A stretch of 64,000 nucleotides of DNA from assembly GCA_016709225.1 (NCBI GenBank), contig JADJEE010000012.1:2179630-2243629 (forward strand), in the 5' to 3' direction. A program made the translations under genes and the position numbers. Under the pieces are notes generated by a model that did not search any database, had not been told where the DNA came from, and saw only the letters and a list, made by a program, of their open reading frames with translations. Of the stretch, positions 46,010 to 55,416 are shown in pieces. Numbering within the stretch: position 1 is the stretch's first letter; each line of letters starts with the position of its first letter. The stretch comes from Deltaproteobacteria bacterium (lineage in GTDB: Bacteria; Myxococcota_A; Polyangia; Nannocystales; Nannocystaceae).

Positions 46010-47026
46010 TCAATAGCTGTGCTCGTCGAGCTTCACCTTGCCGCGGAACACCCAATAGACGATGACCGTGTAGGTCGCGACCAGTGGCATGCCGACCACC
46101 GCGATGACGAGCATGCGCCCGAGCGTGCCTTCGGAGGCGGCCGCGCGGTGGATCTCGAGGCTATGGGCCGCATCGATGCTCGAGTGCACGAGGTTCGGCG
46201 CCAACGCCACCGCGACGAGGCCCGTCAGCGCCGCGATCGTGCAGCACGACGACACGAACGCCGAGCCGGCGCGGCCCCGGTGGATTGCGCGGGGAATGTT
46301 GGCGATTGCGAGCACGTGCAGGACCACGAGGATCCACGCGACCGGCCAGCGCGAGAGCCCTGCGGTCGCGTGGGGGATCCCCAGCACCGCGCTGAGCGAC
46401 ACCGCCAGCCATGCGGCCAGGAACGCGACGAAGCTGCGCCACATCCAACCCACGGTGCGGCGCTGCAGTGCGCCCTCGGTCTTCAGGTGCAGGTAGATGC
46501 TGCCGTGCATCGCCGCGGTCGCGAGCGCGAGCACGCCGACCAGCAGCGGGAACGGCCGCACGAGATCGCCGAGTGTACCGACGAACTCTCGATCGGCGCC
46601 GATCGGTACCCCCTGCACCACGTTGCCGAGCAGCACGCCACCGACGAATGTCACCGTCGCGCTCGATGCGAAGAACGACGCGTCCCACCAGCGGCGCCAT
46701 CCTCGACGATCGACCTTGCTGCGGAACTCCAGCGAGATCGCGCGACCGATCAACGCGAACAGGATCACCATCACCGGCAGGTAGAAGCCGGAGAACAGCG
46801 TCGCGTAGGCCTCGGGGAAGGCCCCGAACAGCGCGCCGCCGAAGGTCACCAGCCACACCTCGTTGCCGTCCCACAGCGGCCCGATGCTGTTGAGCGCGAG
46901 CCGGCGCTCTTGCTCGTCGCGCAAGAACACGTGCAGGATGCCGACCCCGAAGTCGAAGCCGTCGAGGATCGCGTAGCCCATCAGCAGCACGCCGACGAGC
47001 GCGAACCACACCCACGCGAGATCCAT
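46010..47026 (-). CDS. cydB: Cytochrome bd ubiquinol oxidase subunit II
   Basis: Collinear with E. coli CydB (…GYAILDGFDFGVG…NSIGPLWDGNEVWLVTFGGALFGAFPEAYATLFSGFY…). GGAGG RBS. No cydA on either side. Confidence 0.9.
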   Translation of the reverse strand: MDLAWVWFALVGVLLMGYAILDGFDFGVGILHVFLRDEQERRLALNSIGPLWDGNEVWLVTFGGALFGAFPEAYATLFSGFYLPVMVILFALIGRAISLEFRSKVDRRGWRRWWDASFFASSATVTFVGGVLLGNVVQGVPIGADREFVGTLGDLVRPFPLLVGVLALATAAMHGSIYLHLKTEGALQRRTVGWMWRSFVAFLAAWLAVSLSAVLGIPHATAGLSRWPVAWILVVLHVLAIANIPRAIHRGRAGSAFVSSCCTIAALTGLVAVALAPNLVHSSIDAAHSLEIHRAAASEGTLGRMLVIAVVGMPLVATYTVIVYWVFRGKVKLDEHSY

Positions 47027-47062
47027 CAGGCACGCCTCCGGCCGGCGTGCGCGGTGCGTGGG

Positions 47063-47578
47063 CTAGACGCGGTTCCAGATCGCGAATTGATCCTCGACAT
47101 CGGACAGCGGCATCGCCATGGTCGCGTAGCCGTCACCGAAGTAGATCACGTCGCAGACGAGATTGCAGCCGTTCGACTCGCAGTCCCCCGCCAGGGCGCA
47201 GGAGAGCTCGAGCTCCCAGCCCGCGCAGTCGAGCGGGGTCCACGGGGTCTCGCCGTCGGCCGCGGGCGCACGCGCAGCGTTGCTCACGAGCCGCGCCTCG
47301 GCGCAGGTCAGGGACAGCGACAGCTCACCGTTGCCGCGGTGGAGCTCGCCCTCGACCTCGTAGTTGATGCCGTAGGTCTGCACGCCGCCGACGAACTCGA
47401 CCTCGCCGAGCGTGCCCTCGAGGTCGTCTCGCAGCAGCATCACCGGGGCGCCCTGCGGCGCATCGGAGTCCCAGCCGCCGGCGAACCGGGTGGCCGTGAC
47501 CCCTTGATCGCTGCTGTCGGATCCCTGGCAGCTCGGCATCGCAGCCGCGATCGCGAGGAGGAGTGTGGCTCGGCGCAT
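47063..47578 (-). CDS. Small cysteine-containing lipoprotein/secreted protein
   Basis: MRRATLLLAIAAAMPSCQGSD… signal peptide; 171 aa, 9 Cys. The N-terminal 214 aa of the track ORF are Arg-rich junk. Confidence 0.45.
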   Translation of the reverse strand: MRRATLLLAIAAAMPSCQGSDSSDQGVTATRFAGGWDSDAPQGAPVMLLRDDLEGTLGEVEFVGGVQTYGINYEVEGELHRGNGELSLSLTCAEARLVSNAARAPAADGETPWTPLDCAGWELELSCALAGDCESNGCNLVCDVIYFGDGYATMAMPLSDVEDQFAIWNRV

Positions 47579-47718
47579 GGTCGTGATCCCGCGCCCGAGA
47601 GATCGGCGCGCAGCCCGGGATATCGCGGGGCCGCCATGGCCGGCAAATTCCCGGCGGATCCGGGCGGCTACGCCGCAGGCGACGTACGAGCCGTGCACGT
47701 CGCCTGCGGGCGGGGACT

Positions 47719-49749
47719 TCACGGCCGCTGTTCGGCCGCGAGCACCTCGGCGAGCTGCCGCTCGGCCTTGCCGTCGGGCATCGACATCACGCCGATCGAC
47801 ACCTCCGGCGGCTCCGGCAGCGGGGACATGGGGTCGACGTCGCCACCACCCTCGGAGCACATGCAGTCGAACCCACCTGCCCTGGCGAGTAGCGCGGTCT
47901 CCGGGCACATCGCATCGACACGCGCGAGATCCCCGAGCGGCGGGCCGCCCCACGTGTTGGTGCTCGAGCACCCACAGTCGTCGTCCATGAACTGCCCGAG
48001 CGGACACGTCACGGGGGTCTTGCACTCGCTCCCGGTCGGTGCACCGCCGCCGAACTCCCCGCACATCTCGTCGGCGGCCGTCGAGTCGTGGTCGTCGGGC
48101 ACGGGATGCGACTTGCGCGGATCCTCGCCGGGCTTGCGCTTGAACAACGCATCGAAGAACGCTCCGCGGTCGGCAAACCCATCCTTGGTCAGCACGCCCA
48201 TGCTGAGGAGCTCCTGACACGCGGGGTTCTTCGGATCGAAGCCCCCGGGCTCGAGGCCGCCCGCCGCGTCACCGCCGTCGGCTGCACCCGTGGCCTCACC
48301 TTCGTCACCCTCGCCACCGGTATCGCCACCACTGGCGCTCGTCGTGGTGCTGCTGCTCGACGTCGTGGTGCTGCTGCTCGTGGTGCTGCTGCTCGACGTC
48401 GTGGTGCTGCTGCTCGACGTCGTGGTGCTGCTGCTCGACGTGCTGCTGGTCGTTCCGCTGCTGCCGGGGCAACCGCTGACGCACACGGGGTCGCCCGCCG
48501 CGTTGTTCTCACACTTTGCGCCCGGCTGATAGCACCCCGCCTCCCGCGCACGATCGATGTAGTCCATCCCGGTCGTCACCAGCTCGACCGCTTCGATCCA
48601 TTTCTTCACCGCGTAGACGATCCCCTGTTGACCAGGGTTGGTGATCCAGCCCGACCCCGGGATCCAGCCCGTCGGATTGAGGGCCGGGCCGTCGGCGAGC
48701 GGATTTCCCTCATCCGTCGCAAGGCACTCCTGCATGGACGTCAGCAAGCCCATGCCGTCGGCGATCTCCTGCGCCATGCTCGCGGAGCAATCGTCTTCGG
48801 TGAATCCATCGAGCGGGCTGGTGCTACCCGACATCGCACCTCCGCTGGCGCGATTGTCACAATAGTCGCTCAGCCACGAGATCTCGTCTTCGCTGAAGCC
48901 ATAGCTTCCCTGGAGTTCGTCTTGCAGCGGCGTCGCCCCGCCGGGCATCTTGCCGCCGCTCTCGGCGGCGAGCTGCTCGCACATTTCCTCGATCGTTCCC
49001 CAGCCGCCGGGCGTACCCGTGGCCGCACAGCTTCCGCCGGCAACGATGGAGGCCGGCGCAAGCACACCGCTCTTGTACGTCGGCCCCGCCAGGTCGCAGA
49101 GCGCGTCATTGACGAGCACGTCGCCCATGATCGTCGCAAGATCACTGCGTGCGATCACGTCGGCGTCGAGGCCGATCATCTGCTCCACCACCACGCGCGC
49201 AGCGGCTCCTCGAATCGCTCGCTCGGCGAGGTCGTTCCGGTACGCGACCCGGACGTGGACGCTGGGCGCAGGCTCGTCGGCGAACCACACGACATCACGC
49301 ATGCGATTGGCGTTGGCCGCCGACACCGCGACCACGGCGGGATCACGCGACCATGCGGTGCAATCCTGGTAGCTGAGCAGCAGACCTTCGAGCCCATCGG
49401 CGCCCGCCTCTGCGACGTACTCGAGGAGGTCGTCTTGACGCACGGCGCACTCATCGGGCGTCAGGTAGCGCAGCACTGCGAGTTCTGCACGCGTCACACG
49501 GGCGTACGCCTTGCCGTCGCGAATCGCGTACGAGTGTTGAATTGCGGAGAACATCTCGCCTCCCGCGTAGCCCGTGCCACTGACCCACTCGGAATGGCGA
49601 GAGCGGAACTCCGCGAGCGCCGAGTTCGCGTTCACCGGATTCTCGGCAGCGTTGGCCTGCGGCACGAAGTACGTGGAATCCGGTAGCTGCCCGACGGCGG
49701 CGACCAGCAATGGCGTGGCGATGCATGCGGTGATGAATGTGCGCTTCAT
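47719..49749 (-). CDS. Secreted multi-domain protein with poly-Ser/Thr linker and Cys-rich C-terminal region
   Basis: Signal peptide MKRTFITACIATPLLVAAVG. N-terminal globular domain, then (S4T3)n linker, Gly/Asp/Glu-rich acidic stretch, and a C-rich C-terminus (…CKTPVTCPLGQFMDDDCGCSS…CMCSEGG). Confidence 0.6.
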   Translation of the reverse strand: MKRTFITACIATPLLVAAVGQLPDSTYFVPQANAAENPVNANSALAEFRSRHSEWVSGTGYAGGEMFSAIQHSYAIRDGKAYARVTRAELAVLRYLTPDECAVRQDDLLEYVAEAGADGLEGLLLSYQDCTAWSRDPAVVAVSAANANRMRDVVWFADEPAPSVHVRVAYRNDLAERAIRGAAARVVVEQMIGLDADVIARSDLATIMGDVLVNDALCDLAGPTYKSGVLAPASIVAGGSCAATGTPGGWGTIEEMCEQLAAESGGKMPGGATPLQDELQGSYGFSEDEISWLSDYCDNRASGGAMSGSTSPLDGFTEDDCSASMAQEIADGMGLLTSMQECLATDEGNPLADGPALNPTGWIPGSGWITNPGQQGIVYAVKKWIEAVELVTTGMDYIDRAREAGCYQPGAKCENNAAGDPVCVSGCPGSSGTTSSTSSSSTTTSSSSTTTSSSSTTSSSTTTSSSSTTTSASGGDTGGEGDEGEATGAADGGDAAGGLEPGGFDPKNPACQELLSMGVLTKDGFADRGAFFDALFKRKPGEDPRKSHPVPDDHDSTAADEMCGEFGGGAPTGSECKTPVTCPLGQFMDDDCGCSSTNTWGGPPLGDLARVDAMCPETALLARAGGFDCMCSEGGGDVDPMSPLPEPPEVSIGVMSMPDGKAERQLAEVLAAEQRP
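48340..48450. repeat. Tandem 21-bp coding repeats (cgtcgtggtgctgctgctcga x ~5) encoding the poly-Ser/Thr linker
   Basis: Near-perfect copies at 48340, 48361, 48397 and 48418, plus a 15-bp partial copy. They translate on the - strand to SSSTTTS repeats. Confidence 0.6.
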
Positions 49750-49890
49750 GGCAGCGCCCGATTCATCAAGTTGCGTGCCAACCCGAACGCAACGCCGTCA
49801 TCGTGGATTCATGTGAGGCGCTCGCACGACGCGTCGTGAGCCGCACAGCGGGACAGGTGCCGGTGTCCCCGGTGTCACCAGGGCGACGCC

Positions 49891-51057
49891 TCAGGCGACG
49901 TACGCCACGATCGACTCGATGGTCCGGCTCGCGCGACTCGCCGGCGTGATGCGCACCAACAGATCGCGGGCCCAGCACGCGAGCGGTGACTCCCACTGTG
50001 CGATTGCACCGAGGCGACGGGCGCCGCGCTGGATGTCGTCGACGCGTGCGCGCCGGCGCTGCGCCCAGGCATGGAAGGCATCGGCGGCGCGCACGTGGGC
50101 GACCAGCTCGCGGGCGAGCACGACGGCGTCCTCGATCGCCATCGCGGCGCCTTGCCCGAAGTTCGGCGTCATCGCGTGGGCGGCATCACCGATGAGCCCG
50201 ACCGGGCCGTCGTGCCAGCGCGGCAGCTCGATCTCTTCGATGTCGTGGTGCAGCAATCGCTGCTGGCCGTCACCCATCGCGGCGGCGACGGCGGTGAACG
50301 GCCCCCCGAAGGCCGCGAAGCGCTCGCGTACGCTCGCAACCGTCGCAGCCCCGTGCTCGCCGGCGGTGCCGCGGGGCGCGTTGGCGACCATGAACGCGTA
50401 GACCTGCTCGCCGACGAGCGGCACCAAGCCGACGCGCTTGCCCTCGCCCCACATCTCGACGGCGCGCTCGAGCCCGCCCGCGACGGCGCCGGTCCAACGC
50501 CAGCAGGTGTAGCCGGCGTAGCGCGGCTCGATCGCACCGAACGCCAGCGCACGCACGGCCGAACGGACACCGTCGGCACCGATCATCGCGCGGTGCTGTC
50601 CGGTCACGCCGTCACTGCGCACCACCTCGACGCCGGTCGGGGTCGACACGAAGTCGCGCACGGTCGTGCCGCAGGTGACGCGCACGCGCGCGCCGTGGAG
50701 ATCGCCGGCGTGCTCGAGGCCCTGCGCGAGGACTTCGTGGAGATCGCCGCGGTGGATCGCATACGCGTCGCCGTGTCGCGCCGCGATGCCGGCGAGGTCG
50801 GTCATCGACAGCACGCGGCCGCTCGCATCGGTGATCGCCGCAACCCCCATCGCGCGACCACGCGCGGCCACGGCCGCACCGACGCCGATGCCCGCGAGCG
50901 CCCGCATGGCGTTGGCCCCGAGCGTGATGCCAGCTCCCTCGGCGCGCAGGCTCGGCGAACGCTCGAGCAGATCCACGTCGATACCCTCCTGCGCCAACGC
51001 GCGCGCCAACACCAGGCCGGCGATGCCACCACCGACGATCAGAACGGACTGTCTCAT
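49891..51057 (-). CDS. FAD-dependent monooxygenase (aromatic-ring hydroxylase, UbiH/salicylate hydroxylase-like)
   Basis: Start MRQSVLIVGGGIAGLVLARALAQEG (GxGxxG FAD fold), DG motif (GADGVRSAVR), C-terminal GD motif (LIGDAAHAMTPNFGQGAAMAIEDA). Confidence 0.85.
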   Translation of the reverse strand: MRQSVLIVGGGIAGLVLARALAQEGIDVDLLERSPSLRAEGAGITLGANAMRALAGIGVGAAVAARGRAMGVAAITDASGRVLSMTDLAGIAARHGDAYAIHRGDLHEVLAQGLEHAGDLHGARVRVTCGTTVRDFVSTPTGVEVVRSDGVTGQHRAMIGADGVRSAVRALAFGAIEPRYAGYTCWRWTGAVAGGLERAVEMWGEGKRVGLVPLVGEQVYAFMVANAPRGTAGEHGAATVASVRERFAAFGGPFTAVAAAMGDGQQRLLHHDIEEIELPRWHDGPVGLIGDAAHAMTPNFGQGAAMAIEDAVVLARELVAHVRAADAFHAWAQRRRARVDDIQRGARRLGAIAQWESPLACWARDLLVRITPASRASRTIESIVAYVA

Positions 51058-51077
51058 CTGGACTTCACTCCCTCGCG

Positions 51078-51107
51078 ACCAAGCCACCTGCGCGGCGTCG
51101 GCTTGGT
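51078..51107. promoter_or_regulatory. Candidate TetR operator: inverted repeat ACCAAGCC-N14-GGCTTGGT
   Basis: gaccaagccacctgcgcggcgtcggcttggtt has 8-9-bp perfect arms and lies in the 90-bp divergent region between the monooxygenase and TetR genes. Confidence 0.45.
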
Positions 51108-51147
51108 TATGATGCGAGCGCCGCGATTGCGGCACTCGCAACTGCGC

Positions 51148-51768
51148 ATGGCCGTCGACCCTCGCAAGTCCCCGAAACAACGGCGTTCTCGGGTCACCAT
51201 CGACGTGATCCTCGAGGCCACGGCTCGCATCGTCGGGCAGGTCGGGCTCGATCGCGCGACCACCAATCGCATCGCGGAGGTCGCGGGCGTGAGCATCGGC
51301 TCGCTGTATCAGTACTTCCCCGGCAAGGAGGCACTGCTCGCCGCGCTGATCGAGCGCGAGGCGAGCGCAGACCTCGAGGCCCTGCGCGTGCACTTCGAGG
51401 CCAGCGCTTCGTTGCCGCTGGCGGTCGCCATCGATCGCGCGTGCGAGGAGCTCGTGGCCCGGCACGCGCGCAACCCGGGGCTGTACCGATGGATGCTCAC
51501 CTACGTGCCCGCGCTCGGACAACACGCGAAGATCCGCGCCATCGCGGCGCAGGGGCGCGCGCTGCTGCGGGACATGCTCGGACGCCGTCGCGGCGAGCTC
51601 GATCGCGAGCTCGAGCCGGCACTCGCCGCGATGATCCTCGGCAGCGCGATCGAGGCCGCGGTGCACACCGCGATCTTCGAGCGCCCCGAGACCCTCGGTG
51701 ACGGCACCCTCGCGCGCGAGCTCGGCCGGCTCTGCCGTGGCTACCTCGGGGTGTCGTCCGACGATTGA
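51148..51768 (+). CDS. TetR/AcrR family transcriptional regulator
   Basis: HTH ILEATARIVGQVGLDRATTNRIAEVAGVSIGSLYQYFPGKEALL. Start at MAVDPRKSPKQRRS. Confidence 0.8.
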   Translation: MAVDPRKSPKQRRSRVTIDVILEATARIVGQVGLDRATTNRIAEVAGVSIGSLYQYFPGKEALLAALIEREASADLEALRVHFEASASLPLAVAIDRACEELVARHARNPGLYRWMLTYVPALGQHAKIRAIAAQGRALLRDMLGRRRGELDRELEPALAAMILGSAIEAAVHTAIFERPETLGDGTLARELGRLCRGYLGVSSDD

Positions 51769-51892
51769 CACCAGCGGTGCAGGTCACCGCTGGCCAGGCG
51801 GCGAACGAAGCTGACGCAAACACTGCCAACCGTGAGGGGGCGCTCCGGTTTCGTCAGGCATCCGGGTTCCCAGGCACTACACTCATCGAGTC

Positions 51893-53026
51893 GTGCGTGG
51901 GTCCGTCGCTACCATCGCCTTCGCGAGCACTGCGTCGTTCGCCTGTGCAGACGCGCGCCCACGCGTTGCCACCGACGACACGGTCGCGCCCGATCCTGCC
52001 GTACCCCGGCTGGTCCGTGCGACGCCACGGCGAGCGTTCCCGACCGATGGGCTCGACATCGTGATCGCCCGCGATCGCATGCTGCTGGGTGACGTGCGGG
52101 TCGCGAAGATCGTCGCGGGGCGCGTCGCGGCCGACGAGGTCGAGCACCATCGTGTCGCTGCGCTGGCGCAGCAGCTCCGTGATGCCCCACCGACGGTGCC
52201 CGTGGTGATCCGCGCCGACGAGCTCACGCGCTTCGGTGCGGTGATCGACGCGATGTACACCGCCCACGGTGATGGCCGCGACGAGTTCGCCATCGCCGTG
52301 GCACCCGTGAACGCCGATGGCGTGGCCGGTGTCATCAGCGTGATTCCGTCGCGGACGTGGGACCACGACATCGACGAGGGCGTGCACGACCTCGTGTGTT
52401 TCACGGTGGCACGCGTCGCCGACGCCACGGTCGAGCTCGAGGTGTGCGGCGAAGCGCCGAGCCGTTTCGCGCTCGATGACGCCGAAGGCATGCGCGGTCA
52501 CCTCACAGGTCCCGGCTGGAACCACCACGTGCGGGTGGTCGCCGATGCGGACGCGCAGTGGTCGAGCATCGTACGCGTCATCGATGCCCTCGGTGGTCCG
52601 CCGTGGGACCACGATGCCATCGACGCGCGCACGATTCGCCCGCACTACATCGTGCTCGACCTCGATCCGCGGATCCCGTGGCGCGCAGGCCGATGGGATC
52701 AGCTGCGCGTGCGGCTCGCGGACATCGAGCTGATCGAGTACGCCGATCGCCGCCGCGATCGCGCAGCGCTCGAGACACGGGCCACCGCCATGATCCCCGC
52801 GCTCGAGCGCTGTCTACGGGGCTCCGACGAGCTGCGATTGCGCGTGCCCGACCGCATCACGATCGTCCTGGCGACCCATCCCGAGCTGGGCGACGTCGCG
52901 TTCACGGCCGATCGCAGCGCGCCCGCGTGCGTCGCGACGCTGGTGGCCCCGCTCGCCCCGCGCATCGTCGAAGTGGTGCCCGGCGACGCCGAGCTACACT
53001 TCGCGATCGACGTGCCCCCCGAGTGA
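51893..53026 (+). CDS. Hypothetical secreted protein
   Basis: GTG start with signal-like N-terminus (VATIAFASTASFACA). No recognisable domain. Normal composition. Confidence 0.45.
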   Translation: MRGSVATIAFASTASFACADARPRVATDDTVAPDPAVPRLVRATPRRAFPTDGLDIVIARDRMLLGDVRVAKIVAGRVAADEVEHHRVAALAQQLRDAPPTVPVVIRADELTRFGAVIDAMYTAHGDGRDEFAIAVAPVNADGVAGVISVIPSRTWDHDIDEGVHDLVCFTVARVADATVELEVCGEAPSRFALDDAEGMRGHLTGPGWNHHVRVVADADAQWSSIVRVIDALGGPPWDHDAIDARTIRPHYIVLDLDPRIPWRAGRWDQLRVRLADIELIEYADRRRDRAALETRATAMIPALERCLRGSDELRLRVPDRITIVLATHPELGDVAFTADRSAPACVATLVAPLAPRIVEVVPGDAELHFAIDVPPE

Positions 53027-53048
53027 CCTCCGCCCGAGGCGCCTCCGA

Positions 53049-53444
53049 TCAGAACCAGTAGTCCGCCACGCAACGACCATCGCGCGGTAGGTCGTCGAAC
53101 GTGTCGAGCCCATCGAAGTGATCGATCGGGATGTGGCCGACCGCCTCGGGCGCCGCGAGTCGAAGATTGACGGCAAGGCGCCGGCGCCCCTCGCCGTCGA
53201 GCTCGCGCGCACGCCAGAAGCCCACGCATCCGCACGCTCGACAGAAGTGGAACTCGATCGCGCGGCCACGCACGTAGGCCTGCGTCTCGCCCTCCACCGC
53301 GACCCCCTCGCCCTCGAAGTCGTAGCCCCAGAGCGCGCCGTAACGCCGACACACGGTGCAGTTGCACGCCGTCGCGCCGTCGACCTCGGCCGTGAATCGC
53401 CAACGCACCGCGCCGCAGTGACAGCTCCCCTCGATCATCGCCAA
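53049..53444 (-). CDS. GFA family protein (glutathione-dependent formaldehyde-activating / CENP-V-like zinc protein)
   Basis: MIEGSCHCGAVRW…CNCTVC…FCRACG: the characteristic Cys pattern of the GFA/Mss4-like fold, 131 aa. Confidence 0.75.
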   Translation of the reverse strand: MAMIEGSCHCGAVRWRFTAEVDGATACNCTVCRRYGALWGYDFEGEGVAVEGETQAYVRGRAIEFHFCRACGCVGFWRARELDGEGRRRLAVNLRLAAPEAVGHIPIDHFDGLDTFDDLPRDGRCVADYWF

Positions 53445-53683
53445 TCCTCGTCCGCGACCGCGCGACGGCGCCGCGCCGGCACGCTAGCGCGCGGTCCTGT
53501 GCGAGTGCAACCGTCGGCGACGCGCCCCGGCTGGCTGGCTCAGAAGCGGATGCGAATGCCGCCCGGCCGAAGCGCGACACGTCGACCCGCTGCTCCGGCG
53601 AAGCTCGGTCGCCGCGATCGATGCGCCCCGAGGAACGACCCGGCGACGATCGTCCCGACGCCACGCGGGGTCGGCGTCGTGCG

Positions 53684-54724
53684 ATGCTCGGGCTCCGCAC
53701 CGTGCTCCACCTCGTCGACGTCGCCGATGCCCGATCCGCCGAGCGCTTCGTCGATCGTTTGCTCGTCGCGGGCATCGATTCGACGGTGCGCGAGGGTGCC
53801 GATGGTGGACGCGAGCTGTGGGTGGTCGACGACGATCGGCTCGAGGCCGCGCAAGCGGTGATCGCTCGCGACGACGACGACGAGCGCGAGACTCGGCGCA
53901 AGGCCAAGGCGCTGCGCGCCGAGCAGGCCGCGAGCCATCGCGATCATGCCAGCCGCTCGGTGGATCTCCGCAATCGTTGGCGCAGCGCCACCGGCACGGA
54001 GCTGTCGCCGCTGACGACGATGCTGGTGGTCGCGAGCGCGATGGTGGCGTGGTCGACCTCGCTGGGAGATCCTTCGACGCCGACGCTGCAGGCGCTGTCG
54101 ATCGAGCCATGGCTCTCGAGCGAGCGCTTTGGGCAGGTGATGCAGGGTGAGATCTGGCGGTTGTTGACGCCGATGTTCATCCACTTCGGCTTCTTCCACC
54201 TGCTGTTCAACATGTCGTGGGTGCTGACGTTCGGGCCGCAGATCGAGCGCAACCATGGCTTTGCGACCATGCTCGCGCTGGTGGTGCTGAGCGAGCTGGC
54301 GGGCTCGATCCCGCAGTACTACGCGACGGGACCGAGCTTCGGCGGCATGTCGGGCGTGGTCTATGGCCTGTTCGGGTTCGTGTGGATGCACGCACGCTTC
54401 GGGCCCTCGGGCCGCTATGTGCTCACCGATCGCGAGGCCGTGTTGTCGATCGTGTGGCTCGTCGCCTGCGGTAGCGGTTGGTTGGGCCCGATCGCGAACC
54501 TCGGGCACGCCGGCGGTCTCGTCGTCGGCCTGCTCATGGGCACGCCCGCGTATGTCCAGCACCTCCGCGCGCGCCGCAGCGGGCTCGCAGCGGTCGAGCA
54601 CAGCTGGGCCAACACCTACGGCACGCCGTGGCTGCGGTTCCGCCACCGCGTCATCGCGGGCTACGTGCCGCTGTGGCTGTTGTTGATCGCGATCGCCGTC
54701 GGCATCACGGACGTGCTGCGTTGA
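53684..54724 (+). CDS. Rhomboid family intramembrane serine protease with N-terminal cytoplasmic extension
   Basis: Catalytic GxSG in a TM (FGGMSGVVYGLFG), His in a later TM (LGHAGGLVVGL), 6-7 TM segments. ~130-aa soluble N-terminal domain. Confidence 0.8.
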   Translation: MLGLRTVLHLVDVADARSAERFVDRLLVAGIDSTVREGADGGRELWVVDDDRLEAAQAVIARDDDDERETRRKAKALRAEQAASHRDHASRSVDLRNRWRSATGTELSPLTTMLVVASAMVAWSTSLGDPSTPTLQALSIEPWLSSERFGQVMQGEIWRLLTPMFIHFGFFHLLFNMSWVLTFGPQIERNHGFATMLALVVLSELAGSIPQYYATGPSFGGMSGVVYGLFGFVWMHARFGPSGRYVLTDREAVLSIVWLVACGSGWLGPIANLGHAGGLVVGLLMGTPAYVQHLRARRSGLAAVEHSWANTYGTPWLRFRHRVIAGYVPLWLLLIAIAVGITDVLR

Positions 54725-54730
54725 CAGCCC

Positions 54731-55297
54731 TCATCCGCGATGCCACGCGGACGACAACAGGCCGTACACGTAGAAGTCGCGCCGCTGCCCGCGGCACACG
54801 CGGAAGCTCCGCAGGCAGCCCTCGCGCTCGAAGCCCAAGCGCTCGAGCAGACGCTGCGATCGAAGGTTGTCGTCCCGGACGTAGGCCTGCGCGCGATCGA
54901 TGCGATCGTGGGCGAAGGCCCACCCCAGCACCGCCGTTGCCGCTGCACCCATCAAGCCGCGGCCCCACTGCGGCTGCGCCAGATCGAACGCGACCTCGGC
55001 CCAGCGGTGGGCAGCCGAGTACTCGTTGAAGCCGCAGGTTCCGACGAGCACGTCGCCGTCCCGTACCACCAGGCCCCACTTCGATGGCTCCCCCGCGGCC
55101 CAGCGCGCGTGCGCCCTCGCGATGATCGCCTCCGCTAGCGACAGCGACGGCTCGGGATAGCTGGTCCGCTCGGTCACTGCGGGGTCGCGGAGATAGTCGA
55201 ACAGCGCCGCCGCGTCCGAGGCCCGCAGCGGGCGGAGCACCGCCGCTTCGAGCTCGAGCGTCGGCGCAACGTCCACTGCATCGACCACGAAAGCCAC
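54731..55297 (-). CDS. GNAT family N-acetyltransferase (RimJ/RimL-like)
   Basis: GTG start preceded by AGGGAG. …GTCGFNEYSAAHRWAEVAFDLAQPQWGRGLMGAAATAVLGWAF… acetyltransferase core. Confidence 0.7.
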   Translation of the reverse strand: MAFVVDAVDVAPTLELEAAVLRPLRASDAAALFDYLRDPAVTERTSYPEPSLSLAEAIIARAHARWAAGEPSKWGLVVRDGDVLVGTCGFNEYSAAHRWAEVAFDLAQPQWGRGLMGAAATAVLGWAFAHDRIDRAQAYVRDDNLRSQRLLERLGFEREGCLRSFRVCRGQRRDFYVYGLLSSAWHRG

Positions 55298-55416
55298 TCC
55301 CTCTCGCCGCCGGCAGCGGCAACACGAGCGTAGCCCGGCCGCCGCGGGCGTGACAACGATCAACGGGGGCACGAGGCCCGTGCGCACCGCTCGTTACTGC
55401 TACGCTCCGCGCCAAC

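Noticed and set aside
47027-47062. Searched for cydA upstream of cydB (stop/start overlap TGATG noted at 47026)
   Set aside because: The frame ending in that TGA is only 13 codons long. The upstream gene is a 171-aa lipoprotein in another frame ending TAG at 47063. No multi-TM CydA-like ORF exists within several kb.
48290-48529. Possible CRISPR-like or intergenic repeat array at 48340..48450
   Set aside because: The repeats are contiguous 21-bp units with no spacers. They are in-frame inside a coding gene (poly-Ser/Thr linker). No cas genes are nearby.
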